Made by a program: the position numbers and the translations under genes. Below the pieces are notes generated by a model that worked only from the letters and a program-made list of their open reading frames with translations, was not told where the DNA came from and searched no databases. Of a DNA stretch of 64,000 nucleotides, positions 34,929 to 48,264 are shown piece after piece. The stretch's first letter is position 1; the number at the start of each line of letters is the position of its first letter. This stretch comes from Leptogorgia sarmentosa (Eukaryota): the NCBI GenBank assembly GCA_964658305.1, contig OZ210885.1:9610001-9674000 (forward strand). The letters run 5' to 3'.

Positions 34929-37900
34929 ATGTTTACATTTCTAATCGCCATGTTTGCTGCGCTCGTTTTTATAAGAAACGCAAGTAAGATGTTGTATAAG
35001 TAATTTTGAAAAACTGCCTTTTTATATCCATGTCATTTTAATTACCCTTTTTTACCCTGTTCTCCAAAAAAGTAACTTGATTGGGTAAAACAGTGGAAAG
35101 ACGACAAGCACACTTGTTAAAGCAACTGAAAACGACAAAGAACTTCTTTACGTAACTTTGTGTAAAATGATTTATAATCGAGTTTTAAGCATAAAATAGA
35201 CAGAAAGAGTGAGAAAGGAAAAGTTGGCATGCCGCTAATAACCATTCTATAGAAACACCATGCAATGAAAATTTACCAAGTACCAGCCGAAACAACAGTC
35301 ATTCTTCGCAAAAAGAAGAGAAAAATATGTGTCCTAAGGCGAAAGAAATCCTTTAGTCATTTCGTACAGTCGATTTATCAACACTCACCTTTGGTTAACG
35401 TACTTGCATAATTCCAATTCCAAGTTGTAAGTTTCTATAATTTGCATGCAGTTGTTAAGGCCTGTTCACACCGGTGATTCTGCTGCGATTTCAGGAGCGG
35501 TTTTCTTCTTGTGAATGATGTGAAGGAGTAGATTTCTTATCAATGTTGTTATCAGTTTCCATTATTTGGAACATTTATTTCTCATCAACTCCTTCGAATT
35601 CGCATCGTTCAAAATGAGAAATTCGCAGCAAAATATCTCCGGTGTAAACGGGCATTTAGGTTCCACATTCACTGCGTATCTGATTTCACTGACAATGCAC
35701 TAGTATAAGCAATTCATTTTCGTCTCTATTTTGAATCCTCGACAAATTTTGGGAACACTTCAACACCAGATAACCCAAGTAAAATAGGTAAATTTTTTGT
35801 TTTTCTCCGAATTTTCCTTCGTGCTTTTTAAAATCCTCGCGTTTGGAGATTTTTTAAACGCTGTATTGTCATTGTGGCGATTCCATTATCCTCAAATGAG
35901 TTTTGAGATAATCGTTTTCAAATTTCAGGTGAACTAGAGTATATTGTTTATGCGAATGCTACTCATGTTATGTATGTGCCATCAAGTGGTGGGGCAAGTA
36001 CTGTCATCCGCTCGGCAATCAATTCGAAGTTGGGTTACGATGTTAGCACAAGAAGACTCTACGTTTTCGAAGAAGTGACAACGGCGTTGCAATCAATGAA
36101 GCTGGATGGTTCTGATATCCAGAATTTGTTTAGAATTGGTGGAGGCGTAAAACGATTCACTGTTGATGATGAGAACGAAAAAATCTACTTTGTCTCCGCA
36201 GCAACTGATTACAGCAACTCGATAAACTTTGATGGAACAGGTCTAACGGAATTGCTCACTGACGGAAACGAAGATCTGACCGATATTCAAGTGGATCCTA
36301 TGATGCAGTAAGTATTGCAAATATAAAGAAATTTTTCATGAAATTTTAATTTTGTGCTAAATTAGTATAGGAAATTACACGGTTCGAGAAGTATTAATGA
36401 AAAATTGCACGCGTGAAGAGCAAGTGTAATTTCGTTATTAATATCATTGTAGTACACGTCCACTAACCTTTTTTTGTCCAAAGTTGACAATAAATGACAA
36501 AAAAAATAAGAATTTTGGCGTTGATTTAAGCGTTTATTTATTTGTTTTTATAATGTATCGTGGGCTCGAAACCGTGCAATTAAGTTTAATTTGCATACTG
36601 TGCAAATTAAAGATTTATTTGCACAGTTGTTGAAGCTTTTTAGCCAATCAGCGTCCAGGAAATTGACAACAATGATATTATGTGTGGAATTGAGCGCATT
36701 GTTTGTCGCATCCATTTGTCCCCAATAGCCCTTTTATGTTCCTCATTGAGCATAAAACATCAAGATGTGAATATTCTACCTGGTGTAACTCGCGAGTGTA
36801 TAATGAATAAAATATAAAAATCAATAGATATAATTAAAAATGTATATTTCAAAATGTAAAACAAAATGTAGAATGTGTTGGAAAGTTTGTCATAACCGTT
36901 ATCACCAGGCTGTTATTCTTTGCTGCCGATGACACCTCCGAGAGAGATTTGGTTGTTTATAATATTACCAGTGGAGAAGTGAGGACATTGTTCAACGCTA
37001 ACAGCTCATGTATCAGGTTAACACTGGATCGTCGCAACCGGATCATTTACTGGATCAGTTATAACCCTGATAAAACTTTGATGTTACGAAAGACGGATTA
37101 CAATGGTAATACGACGGTTATCAGAAATTCATTTGGACAATCTGGGCGACCGGCAATTACGCAAATTGGCAATTACTATTATGTACTTGATTCAACTCAA
37201 TCTGTCATTCGTAAGTTTGATAAAGCAACCGATACAATTGTTCAAAACTTCATAGTTTTTGCGGGAGCGAAAGAAATAATTGGCACAAATGGTAAGATTA
37301 TTCCACCTGTACTCTTTGTGTATGTAAATAGTATACCTTTTCTAAAGGATTGCTGTCAGAAAAAAAGCTGCTCTTACCAAGCCATGCGACTTGAACCGCT
37401 TATAAATTTTGTATTTTAGTGAACAAGTGCCGGTGATAAAATCAATGAACCCATTTGCATGTGGTAGTGATAAATGTAGTGCTGACATTAATCAATGATC
37501 ACGGAAAAGATGGCAGCATGGGCTTTTTACCCGAGTGCATTTCTGGCAACAAGCAAAACTTTACTGATGTCGCAAAATTTTAACAGTGCCTCTATTGCCC
37601 CTACACTGTTAAAAAACTTAAAAAACAAAAATATTTTGAAAAATGTATACACAACTATACAAACCCTCTATTCTTCAGCTGTAGTATAATTACTTTTCTG
37701 GGCATAGTTTGCGAAGTTTTGTTTTTTTTGCATTTATAGACGTTTCTTTATCCCTTCCTCATGGAATATCATTTTTTTGATTTTTTGATGTTGTCTTACA
37801 GCGTGTTATATTTTTCCAATTCTGACAATCATGGCGATATTGGACGATACAATCTCTCTACGGCATCAGAATTTGTTCCTGCTGGTGGTTTTCCTGGAGA

Positions 37901-40900
37901 TGTTAGCGTCGATGAGGCTAAGAAAGTGGTTTATTGGACGAATTACATAAGTGGTAGCGATACTTACGAGGTAATGAAGACATATTACAATCAAACAACA
38001 GTCCAATTAACAGAATACGCTGGACCAATAGCTGCCATTAGACTTGCCCAAGGCGAAAGATACCTGTATGTTCTCAATCCAACTAGTGCCGAACTTGACA
38101 TAATTGACAAAGAAAGTGAAGAGGTTTTGGAAACATACAGCATCAGGGCAGCCACAAGTGCAGTTGCTGCTGCTGATGGTAAGTTTTGTTTTCCGCACGT
38201 GTATTATGGCGAATTTTGCAATGTTTATAAACTTTTATTTTTATCTTATGCAAGATGTGGATGAATGTTGCCTCGGTGTTTACTGTCATGTGTATGCCAC
38301 GTGTACAAATAAGCCCGGGGGGTATGACTGCCAGTGTAAATCTGGATTAACAGGAAATGGAACATATTGTGAAGGTTTGTGTTTCACATTGTGCATGAGT
38401 TGAATTGGACCATGTTTTTCGCAGTTATCATGTCAGTAGTTCATATAGCATTCTCATTGGCTGGTTTCCTTAAAGACCTTTGTGATTACCGCTGGGATGG
38501 ATACACCTGGTAGGAAGTGATATTTTTATTGGCAAAACGTCTTCGAGACAAAGGAATTATGTATGACGAGTGAACTGTGTAAAGCAAATATATTTTCAGC
38601 CATGCCCACGATGTCAAGCAATCCTAGTAGCTTGAGGTGAATTTTTTTAGACCAAAAGAACAAATCCATCACAAGAGCTATGTAAAAATAGCTTGTCAAA
38701 ATTGGTAAAATTGCAAAATTTGGTCGTGAAATGTTGTAAATGCCATGCAAAATTTGAATATGTGCAATACTTTTAGTATAGGAAATTACACGATTCGAGA
38801 AGTATTAATGAAAAATTGCACGCGTGTTTGGCGAAACACCGCGAGTGCGAAGAACGAGCGGTATTTCGCCAAACACAAGAGCAATTTTTCATTAATACTT
38901 CGAAAACAAGTGTAATTTCGTATTAATATCATTGTAGTACACGTCCAGTAACCTTTTTTGTCCAAAGTTGACAATAAATGACAAAAAAAACAAGAATTTT
39001 GGCGTTGATTTAAGCGTTTATATATTTGTTTTTATAATGTATCGCGGGCTCGAAACCGTGCAATTAAGTTTAATTTGCACACTGTGCAAATTAAAGTTTA
39101 ATTTGCACAGTTGTTGAAGCTTTTTAGCCAATCAGCGTCCAGGAAATTGACAACAATGATATTATGTGAGGAAATCTGCACCATTTTCAGCTCAAAGGTG
39201 GTAAAAAAATTCCTCCTATATTATTGGAAATGTATGGAAAAAATTCCCCTGTTTTCATGCACAATATATTTTGCGCATTAATTTCAACAACATTTCGCAA
39301 TGAAACAATGCACTTTTTACTAATTCTAAAATGCACTTTCGAGATATGGTGATGGATTTTGCGGGAAAAGCCAAAAGTCGAAGTGTATGTTTAAGAAAAT
39401 ACGCTATAGTCGTATATATTTAGCATGCGGACAAATACTTAGTGGGCGTTGTCATTTCCAAATTATAAAACTTTGTTTAGATATCGACGAATGTCAAAAT
39501 ACATCTATCTGTCACCAGAATGCCACTTGCAATAACAACTTTGGATCATATACATGCACGTGCAATCAGGGCTTATCTGGGGATGGTAAAGATTCGTGTG
39601 TTGGTAAGTTTTGCTTCAAAATACTGCTCACAAAAATCGCTGTAAATGTCAAGGCAATATACAGACAATGGCGGAATCACCGAGTACTTTAATGATCTGG
39701 GTAAATAATCTATTCTGTGATGACTAAAATATAGTGGAAACGTACATTAAGTACAACTACAAATTATTATATTATTCGGGAAAATTAGCAACATAATCCT
39801 ACCATATAAGTGCCAGCACACATTAGCTCCCTTACTTCAATACGGCCTTCTATGCAGACGTCTAGTTTTTCTGAACTAAACGCCATCGCAATTACTTTCA
39901 CTGAGTCAACTGAACAAAACAATGATGTCTGACATGCATTCCATGTCGTAGACGCAAAGCATTTCAAATACTCCTGCAGGTAGATAGTCCTGGACATTAG
40001 ATTTCTTCAGTAGAGCTCGTGTGTGATCTTCGCTATAAGCATTGCTTTTTATTTTTGAGTCCCAAGCATCTCAGACGTTTCCTAAATGTAATCAAACAGT
40101 CGTATTGAATGATGTGGAGATACGAGGCCATTTTAAAGGCAGCTAAATTAAGCGGAAATCTCAAATTCTCTCGTTGATGTTGCAGTATGTAGCAGAATTT
40201 TAAGTTCTTGCCATGGGTTCAGTACGAGTTTGACTTTGTGGTCCAGAACATCGCAGAACATGGCCTTGTAGCCCGATATCCCAGACTACTGTATTTTAGT
40301 TGGCGTTAACATTGCGTTAGCGATGTTTGTTTAGATATCGACGAATGTGAAAATACATCTATTTGTCACCAGAATGCCACTTGCGATAACAACATTGGAT
40401 CATATACGTGCACGTGCAATCCAGGATTATTTGGAGATGGTAAAGACTCCTGTGTTGGTAAGTCTTGTTTCAAAATCGTGCCTAAAAAAATCTGTGGAAA
40501 TACAATATGATCGCATGTAATATGAGGGCGATATAGCTTAATATGATGGCCCCCTGCATGTGCGGATACGTCGATACAACCTTGAAGATACCAAGCGTTT
40601 TTGACGATTCAACACGGGGACGTCATACAACGGCTTGAGTCCCGGGGCCAGAATGCTCCAACGACCACAGAAAGCGATTTATGCGACACTGCTGAAAAAT
40701 AGTCAGTAATATCGTCAATGTATCTTAACTGAGCCATCAGTTCGGGACTAAAGGGGGCAGTGTTACGCGTTTATATTAGGCTCGTTGATACGGTATGAGT
40801 TGGGGATGAAATAATATGATTGACGGAAAACCTAAATTGTTTACCATTTCTTCAACGGTTATAGTTAATTGTTCAAATCTGGGTTGAGACTAATCCTACA

Positions 40901-43825
40901 CGGTTATAAAACATATATCCAGTGTTTCGATTAGTGTATGTGATATGATAGTCACTCAGAAATCTAAAATTTAAAATTGTTTTGGTCAAACATTAACTAC
41001 ACAGTAAATGCTTACAACGGATTTACAAAAGTATTTTGTTTGAATAGTAAAGATAAGTAAAAGACATCAAACAAATCTATGATCTGTATAGCTAACACAG
41101 TCTTCTAGTAAATTGCTCCTGTTTTGTACAAATAGCTCAACTATCGGCTATTGAGCTATTTATTTGGTTAATAAAATTCAAGTGTTTACATAACGAAAAC
41201 TTTTTCACATCCACTGTTTTGGCTAAAAGGCTTCGATCGAGAAACTACGTACAGAAATTGTGGGTTCGACGCGAAATAAAAAACCATAATAAACAGAACT
41301 ACTTCACTAAGTCACTTCTCTTATGCCATAATATGGCTTTAACAGCGGTTTGAAATGCATTGTGTTCATGCTTTCATGTTTCAACCAGTCAGAGCCCGCA
41401 GTGGCGGCGGAACAGGGGGGGAGGGGGGAGGGCTAGGCTAAAAGCCCCCCAGAAGTAAAAGTGGGGAGGGGATAAATAATGCCAGAATGCGAGACACTGA
41501 GTCATGAGATGCTCAAATGATCTACACTCTACAGTATGCACTATGCACAATTGCATATCCTGATATCAGTATTTTTGTAGATTTTGAACAATTTTAAACG
41601 GGCAGGAGACATCACTACAGTGACTATACGCTATGCTGTTTGTGTTTCCACTTAAACAAAAACTACGATAAACTTTTTCTAATTTAGCCCCCCCCAAAAT
41701 AAAATATGTTCCACCGCCCCTGAGAGGCCGCGTTATATATACATGTTATTTTATAAAAAGGAATAACAACCTCTTTTGTGGTGCCTAGTTTCAGATGAGA
41801 AAAACTGTGCCGTTGGTCCTGAAACGTCCCTCGCCCTTCGGTCAGGGGCTGTTTTCAACACCCCGAGCACAGTTTTTCTCATCCGGACCACGCAACCAGT
41901 AAATAACATGTACATATGGAAAACTAAGAATGTCAACGATTTAGAAAACTAATTAAAAACAATAACGAATTTAATAACAATTAATGCCACTGAATTTAAA
42001 CTTGCACCAAATGAGTAGCGATGGGTTTTTTTTTCCGGCCGTCCAACAGATAGCAGTTCGATCTGCACTTTACGTTGTAATAATGGTAATTGCAATGAGT
42101 GAAGTGCAATTTGGTCTGAAATCAAACGCCAGACTACAACAATATTATAATACTGCAAGATGAGTTTCAAACCAATAGACGCATCATGTCAAAATCAACC
42201 TGGTTCATTGTCTTGCATAGCCTTATTTGCACTTCTTTATCGGCTTTAAAATAACGGACGCTCAAAATTTGCGAAAACCTTCGGTTAGCCTGGGTAATCA
42301 CCTTCTGGTATATCTAGCACACATTCATTTTAAAAACCATTTTTTTTCGAATGGAAAACGTGTTACTGAAAGCGAAAGTCACTTTAAAAACGGATTGAGC
42401 ACAAAAAATAAGTTTTCTTCACACAATTTGATTTGATCTGGTGAAAATATTGAGTATGTTATACAAGCTAATCAAGTCTTGAGAAATTTGGTGCACGCTG
42501 AGTTTCTTCGTGTAATTACCGACCTTTGGGATTGGCTTGCAAATTTGCATTGATAATTTCTGCAAATATCCAATTATGCATAAATTAATCGGCAATCACG
42601 CAGAAAACGGCCCAAAATGCAGTTTTCAGACGTGTCTCTGTTGTCTCTGCGAGAATCAAATTTCACAAAAAATTTATGACTTGTACAACATGCTCCATAT
42701 TTTGACTCGATTGAGTCAAATAGCGTGAAAAGAATTCAGTTTTTGTGCGCAAGCCATTTTTAGAGTGCGTTCCAGCGACACATTTCCTACTCTAAAAAAG
42801 ATAGATTTTTACGTAACTCAGTGCTAGATGTCCCAGAGGGTGTTAATCTACCTAGGTTAACAGAAAATTTCACAAAAATCGTGCGCTCGTTATTTTAGGG
42901 AATATTTCCACCAGTAGAATTTTTTTATACACCCTGTATAGTCCATGTAGTAATGATAAGTAGAATCTCGCATGTCGGAAGGTGTACCATTTACCCCCAA
43001 ACGCATGTCATGTCACAGAATGCACAAAAACACACTTAATAGTCTGTTTCTCAATTGACATTCTTTTCGCCGTTATAAAACACAAGTTATGAAACGCGCA
43101 GTTTTAGATTGCAAATCCAGTGTTCACAGATCATAAAAACAATCGATTCCAATTAACGATATTCAACAGTGGCTGCAGTTCTTTCTCTAACCAGTGTAAT
43201 CCAAGTTTATGCATGCATTTCTACCAATTTTAATAATTTCAATTGAATGTTACATGTGTTCCACCAATTTCGATAAAGTTCCCCTAAATCAGCAACAGAA
43301 ACACTCGATAGGCGCCTATTCTTATAATGGGCAGGATCGAGCAATGTTATAGCAGGGAAACAAGAATACTTGATCCAGAGAATAATGCAATGTTTTTCAT
43401 ATACAGTTAAACCAAGTTCATCGATCAACATCGGCATCATCATTGGAATTGTAGTCGCGGCTGTGGTTGTAGTGGCAGTAGTTATCTTCACAGTGTGTAT
43501 CCTCTTCAAAAGAAAAACAGTCGGAACAAACCAGAGAAATATTGAGAATAATGAAAATACTGGTTATGACGACGTCTTGTCACCACGTATAGATCTACTG
43601 CAAATACCAGATTCCCAAAGTGGATACGAAGAACCATCGCCGTACGCGCAACTTGACAAATCGAAGAGAGTTCCTATTGCTGCAAATTATCAAAGTTTGA
43701 CTGTTGAGAAACATCAAGCACAACCACACAAAGATTTTCAACAGCATTCTACACCAAACATGAGTAGCAATGGAACTGGAAGTAGTGATTCTCCGAAAGA
43801 ACTTGAATACGTGATAGTTCCCTGA
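34929..43825 (+). CDS. Type-I membrane receptor: signal peptide, YWTD-like beta-propeller, 3 calcium-binding EGF, TM, Tyr-motif tail (~531-533 aa). Exons 34929-34983, 35929-36307, [36909-37291 OR 37802-38178], 38255-38374, 39481-39603, 40335-40457, 43407-43825
   Basis: All junctions are AG/GT and phase-compatible; total 1602 or 1596 nt. MFTFLIAMFAALVFIRNA leader; propeller-like IYF/IYW/VYWT and VDP motifs; DVDEC/DIDEC EGF exons; TM IGIIIGIVVAAVVVVAVVIFTVCILF-KRK; aataaa at ~44134. Confidence 0.85.
35459..35654. mobile_element. Harbinger-like MITE in intron 1
   Basis: taa-ggcctgttcacaccgg ... ccggtgtaaacgggca imperfect TIR. Confidence 0.5.
41399..41722. mobile_element. hAT-type MITE
   Basis: TIR cagtggcggcggaaca / tgttccaccgcccctg; 8-bp TSD agagcccg/agaggccg. 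Confidence 0.8.
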
Positions 43826-45841
43826 CAATCTATGACCTTTCAGGTCAGTCTCATGTCTTCATGTCGCTTTGCCCGCGCGAGCTGAGCGAACATGTTTTAC
43901 TTTTCGTTAAGGGTGTTGAATATTAGCGTTCCTTGTCTGATTTTGCCCGCGGGGACACGCTTACAAGCTGAGCTTTATTCAACTTTCTTGGCGTGCGCGC
44001 TGTACAACTGACTTTCACGAGATGGCAAAGCGACTGTAATCGAAACCGCCCTTAGTAGAGTATATATATATTTGTTTTCTAATTTTTGGTATGTCTCTCC
44101 ATACAGTAAATTTTTAGCTGCATGGAATGCTCCAATAAATCGTAGTTGCATCTTTAATATAACAGTCTGAACTTAACTATCATGTCAACGTCATGTCCCT
44201 ACGGACGTTATTAACAACCGTTCAGTTTGAACCAATTGAAACAAGTTGCGATGTGTCTGATAATGATCATTTTTATTCGTAAAAATGAAGCAATCCGATT
44301 GGCTAATACGGCTTTCGCAGCGGGGCGTTGTGAACCTCTGCGAAAAATTGTAAACTGAAAGAACAAAAATTGTATTTTAAGAAATATATGATGATATATT
44401 ATTGATAAAATTGATTTGCTCGTTGAAAAAACATTCTGTTCACTCTTTCTTGTCCACAGTTTGTTTTGTCCTTTGCTAGGGCCGGGAGTAAATGGCCGTT
44501 CGGAAATTTTATCCGGCCTCGCCCCTGGCTTACGCCCGGACGACGCTTCGTGCCGGCAGAAAAAATTTTTGGGATCACTTCGCGGCTTGGTTATTTAGCA
44601 TTCATTTACTTTATTATGTTGTATTGCAAAATCTATTCATATAAAAGGTTTTTACAGGCAATTTTGGCGAGCTTAGTTGGCTCAGAGGTTCCCGACTCGC
44701 CAGCAGCGACCCTGCAGTTTCGATTCTCGCGTGATGGCTTTTTGTCATTTTGTTTTTTTCTCATTTTGTTTGTTTTTTTTTCAAGATTTTTTTCTCAGCA
44801 TTTTGTTGTTAGGGTCAGAATTACTGTTTGGGGCCGGATTAGAAAAACAAAAAGAAAAAGAAAAGACAATATTTTCTGTTTAGAGTCAGAATTGGATCAG
44901 TGCTTGGTAACCAAGCCGCGAAGTGATCCCAAAGTGAGACAAAACTGGAAGGGTATACTTCCAACTGGAAATTTGAAGCCAAAATATGCAGCATCGGCCC
45001 CAGTACGTATTTTGCCTATATGTTCGGGGAAAGAAAAGACGAATTACACCAGATAGATGTTTCTTTATTGAAATATTGTGAGCGTATGTTAATTTCTGCG
45101 TATTACTTGCCTTTGTTTATATTTACACATTCAATATTTGCCTCTATAATGGCACGCAACTGCTTTTGTGCGCTTCCATTTAATGCAATAGCAACGAGGC
45201 TTTTTTACTATGAAAACAGTCCCCAAGGCAAATGTTTTTCATTTCATATTTGTGCTAATACTAATATTGAGCATTAATTAAAATTTTAAAATTATATTCT
45301 GCCCGTGCTATATATCTTTTATCAAATTAATTCTACACTAACTAGCGGAGCGCGCGGCATTCGAAATTATATGTATGATTAAAAGCATGCAAAGACTGTT
45401 CATGTATAAATAAAGAACAATACGATCGAACATTGGTAGGTGTTATTTTTTAACATTGTTTATTATTTCGTAATTCACTAAAATTACTCGGGATTTTGAA
45501 GGAGAACATTTTAAAAATGCTATCTGTTCATTAGCAGTTTTATATTAGGCTATTAGCTACTATATTTCTTGAATTTTGCAAAACAAAATTCCGTACGTGC
45601 TTATGTGTGTGTGTGTGGAATTAATAAATTTGGTTTTTGACACTTTAATTGTCATGTCAAAACAGTAGTTTAATTTATAACAAAAGTTGTCGATTATAAA
45701 TCTCCCTATTCAAACAGTGAATACATCTGCGTTCATAATAGTTGAGTCCGGACAGAAAAAAACTGCAGGAACACACGTACGGTTTTGTTTTAAAGAGGAA
45801 TATTCAATCTTGTTAACGAAACCATCGAGGTAGGATAAGTT

Positions 45842-46892
45842 CATGGCTAGAAATATGCGACATGCAGTATTACGCAATGGGCATTCGGACTTTCAAAATG
45901 CTCGTAAATTTATAGTATGCAGCAACGCAAAATAGTATGTTTTCTTACATGCGAAGTATAAACATGGTAAATCGACTTGTAGCGAATCGAAAAAGCAAAA
46001 TATTGTGATATTTAGAAGCCGATAAACCTTGTCCCCGAGCGATTCAAACGTATCCATGGATTGTAGCGTATTAGCCGCCATTAATCATCAATTCTTATAT
46101 ACTTCACTGAAAGAGAGCGGTGTTTTAGGATACATGAAATACAAATTCCAACATGCGAAGCTTGATTTGTCAAGATTGGGTTTCGGCGGCTTCAACTAAT
46201 ATAAAACCTATAAAAGGTTACGTATCTTTCCCTTGCCCAGCTTTACGTTTATGTTCGATAGTTATGGATATTTCAAGCAAAGCGAAGCATTTTGCCGAAC
46301 ATAAACGTAAAGCTGGACAAGGGAAAGATACGTAACCTTTTATAGGTTTTATATTAGTTGAAGCCGCCGAAACCCCATCTTGACAAATCAAGCTTCGCAT
46401 GTTGGAATTTGTATTTCATGTATCCTAAAACACCGCTCTCTTTCAGTGAAGTATATAAGAATTGATGATTAATGGCGGCTAATACGCTACAATCCATGGA
46501 TACGTTTGAATCGCTCGGGGACAAGGTTTATTGGCTTCTAAATATCACAATATTTTGCTTTTTCGATTCGCTACAAGTCGATTTCACCCGTTAAACAAAG
46601 ACCTCAACGGGTAGTACCCGATATTTCTCAATTGAGAACATGGGTAGTGCCCACGCTGGACTATCGTCTAAGTAGCCTGGCCTGGTAAACTATGAACAGT
46701 GATTGCCCGGGTCTATAATCATATGCATTTAGCCAGGCCAGAGTGGTGAGTAGCGAGCTCGATGTGGCTCAAGTGGTAAGGCACGCGGTGCGTGCGTTGC
46801 AGTTCTATAGTTCAAACCCCAGTTCGACACGAGCATTTTGAAAGTCCGAATGCCCATTGCGTAATACTGCATGTCGCATATTTCTAGCCATG
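45842..46892. repeat. Nested palindrome: inner arms 45969-46257/46296-46584 (289 bp), outer arms 45842-45905/46829-46892
   Basis: Direct reverse-complement match with few mismatches; mirrored ORFs 46153-46335/46218-46400. Confidence 0.95.
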
Positions 46893-47071
46893 TTCTAAGT
46901 TGTTAATTGTTAAACAATTTTTTACATGAAATGAGATAAATAAGAATAAAAACGTTTCAGTTTGAACTACCTAACGCATTTAAATATTTTATGTATGCGA
47001 ATACAAAGAAAGCTAATGTAAGTTTCATGTGTCTTTATATCGGTGCGGCTGAATTCATTCGTTATATAGCA

Positions 47072-47198
47072 TGGACTAGCAAAACAAAGGTCGCGGGTTC
47101 GATTCCCACCGAGGCCAGGCCAATTTTTCAGCCTGTCCGGTGTGGATATATACTCAGAGTAACATCACAATAACATTCTGCACCTGAGTACATCACAC
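47072..47198 (+). mobile_element. tRNA-derived SINE fragment
   Basis: B-box ggtcgcgggttcgattcccacc followed by non-tRNA body sequence. Confidence 0.5.
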
Positions 47199-47934
47199 AT
47201 AATGAACATTCGTACAATATAGACGTACCTTAGACTTCGCTGCATACAAGTACAAGAAAAGACTTGACAAAAATATTTGGTGCATGAGGGTATCCTTTAC
47301 TGGTTATATGAGCTTCTGTAAAGAATTTTATCGAATGAAAGGAAACGTATGCTGTACATGTTCTATTTAGTCGATGTGTCCAAAGTGCAAAACTTGTAGA
47401 TATAATTCATGGTTTGATCGTGGTTTATAAAGTCGCTAATAAAGCTCTATTAATATATAAATGCCTTCCCTACAACGCAACACTGTTTTTGTTATTTTCA
47501 AAATTCTATTTAAAAAAGGGAATAGTAAACAATTTTTCCATATTTCTTTGAGTTATAGAAACAGCGTGGAAGCTAGTTTGGGAGAAACGAGAAATTCAGT
47601 GGGAACACGAGCACGAAGTGCATGCCACTGAAGTTTATTTTTCGTATAGCATGTGTAGTTGTATAACTATAGTGGATAATATATCATTACACTCAGCAAC
47701 TAAATTTAACGAACAGCTGCGACGTTTCGAGCAAGGGTTTTTTCCCCCACTAATTCGTCTTGACTGGAATCGTCAAATCGTCTAGACCTAGACTTTTTAC
47801 CGTTTTTTAATCTAAACATCAGCGAACTTCTAATACTGTTGTATTTAGTTTTACTAGTCAGCCATTTATGGATGTGCTCAAGCCATTTCCACGTCCTCTT
47901 TGAAGTCGCGTTGTGTTTGCTAAAGCTGTCTATT

Positions 47935-48264
47935 TAACAATTAGACAACGAGGTTAAGTTGTCAATGAGCGAATAGTCAACGAAGACGAAGTCCGAGTTG
48001 ACTATTCGCTGATAGACAACGAGGCCGAGTTGTCTAATTGTTTTAGTATACACTAAATGTATAATAACTCGCATGTTTCTAGTATACACCCAGAATTATT
48101 TGTATCAAGAAAATTCTTCAGAAACCTCAGGAAAACGCGAGTTTTCGGCAGTAGCCATATTGTTTTCCTTTGCTTTTTCGCGAACCGAGGTCTATCACAG
48201 AATAGACGACGGCTGGCCAATCAGAATGTAGCATTTGTAATAGACGATGGTTGGGTGTATACTA
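47935..48264. mobile_element. Crypton-like hairpin element
   Basis: taacaattagacaac...gttgtctaattgtt hairpin with cgaagacgaag apex, ggccaatcag motif, gtatac internal inverted repeat. Confidence 0.55.

Noticed and set aside
39785..40300. Minus-strand coding-like stretch between the EGF exons
   Set aside because: Interrupted frames and no recognisable domain.
44466..45056. 196-aa ORF
   Set aside because: It spans low-complexity T and A runs and repeat ends, starts at a non-ATG codon and has no domain.
46757..46828. Functional tRNA gene
   Set aside because: Only A/B-box-like motifs; no consistent cloverleaf or anticodon arm.
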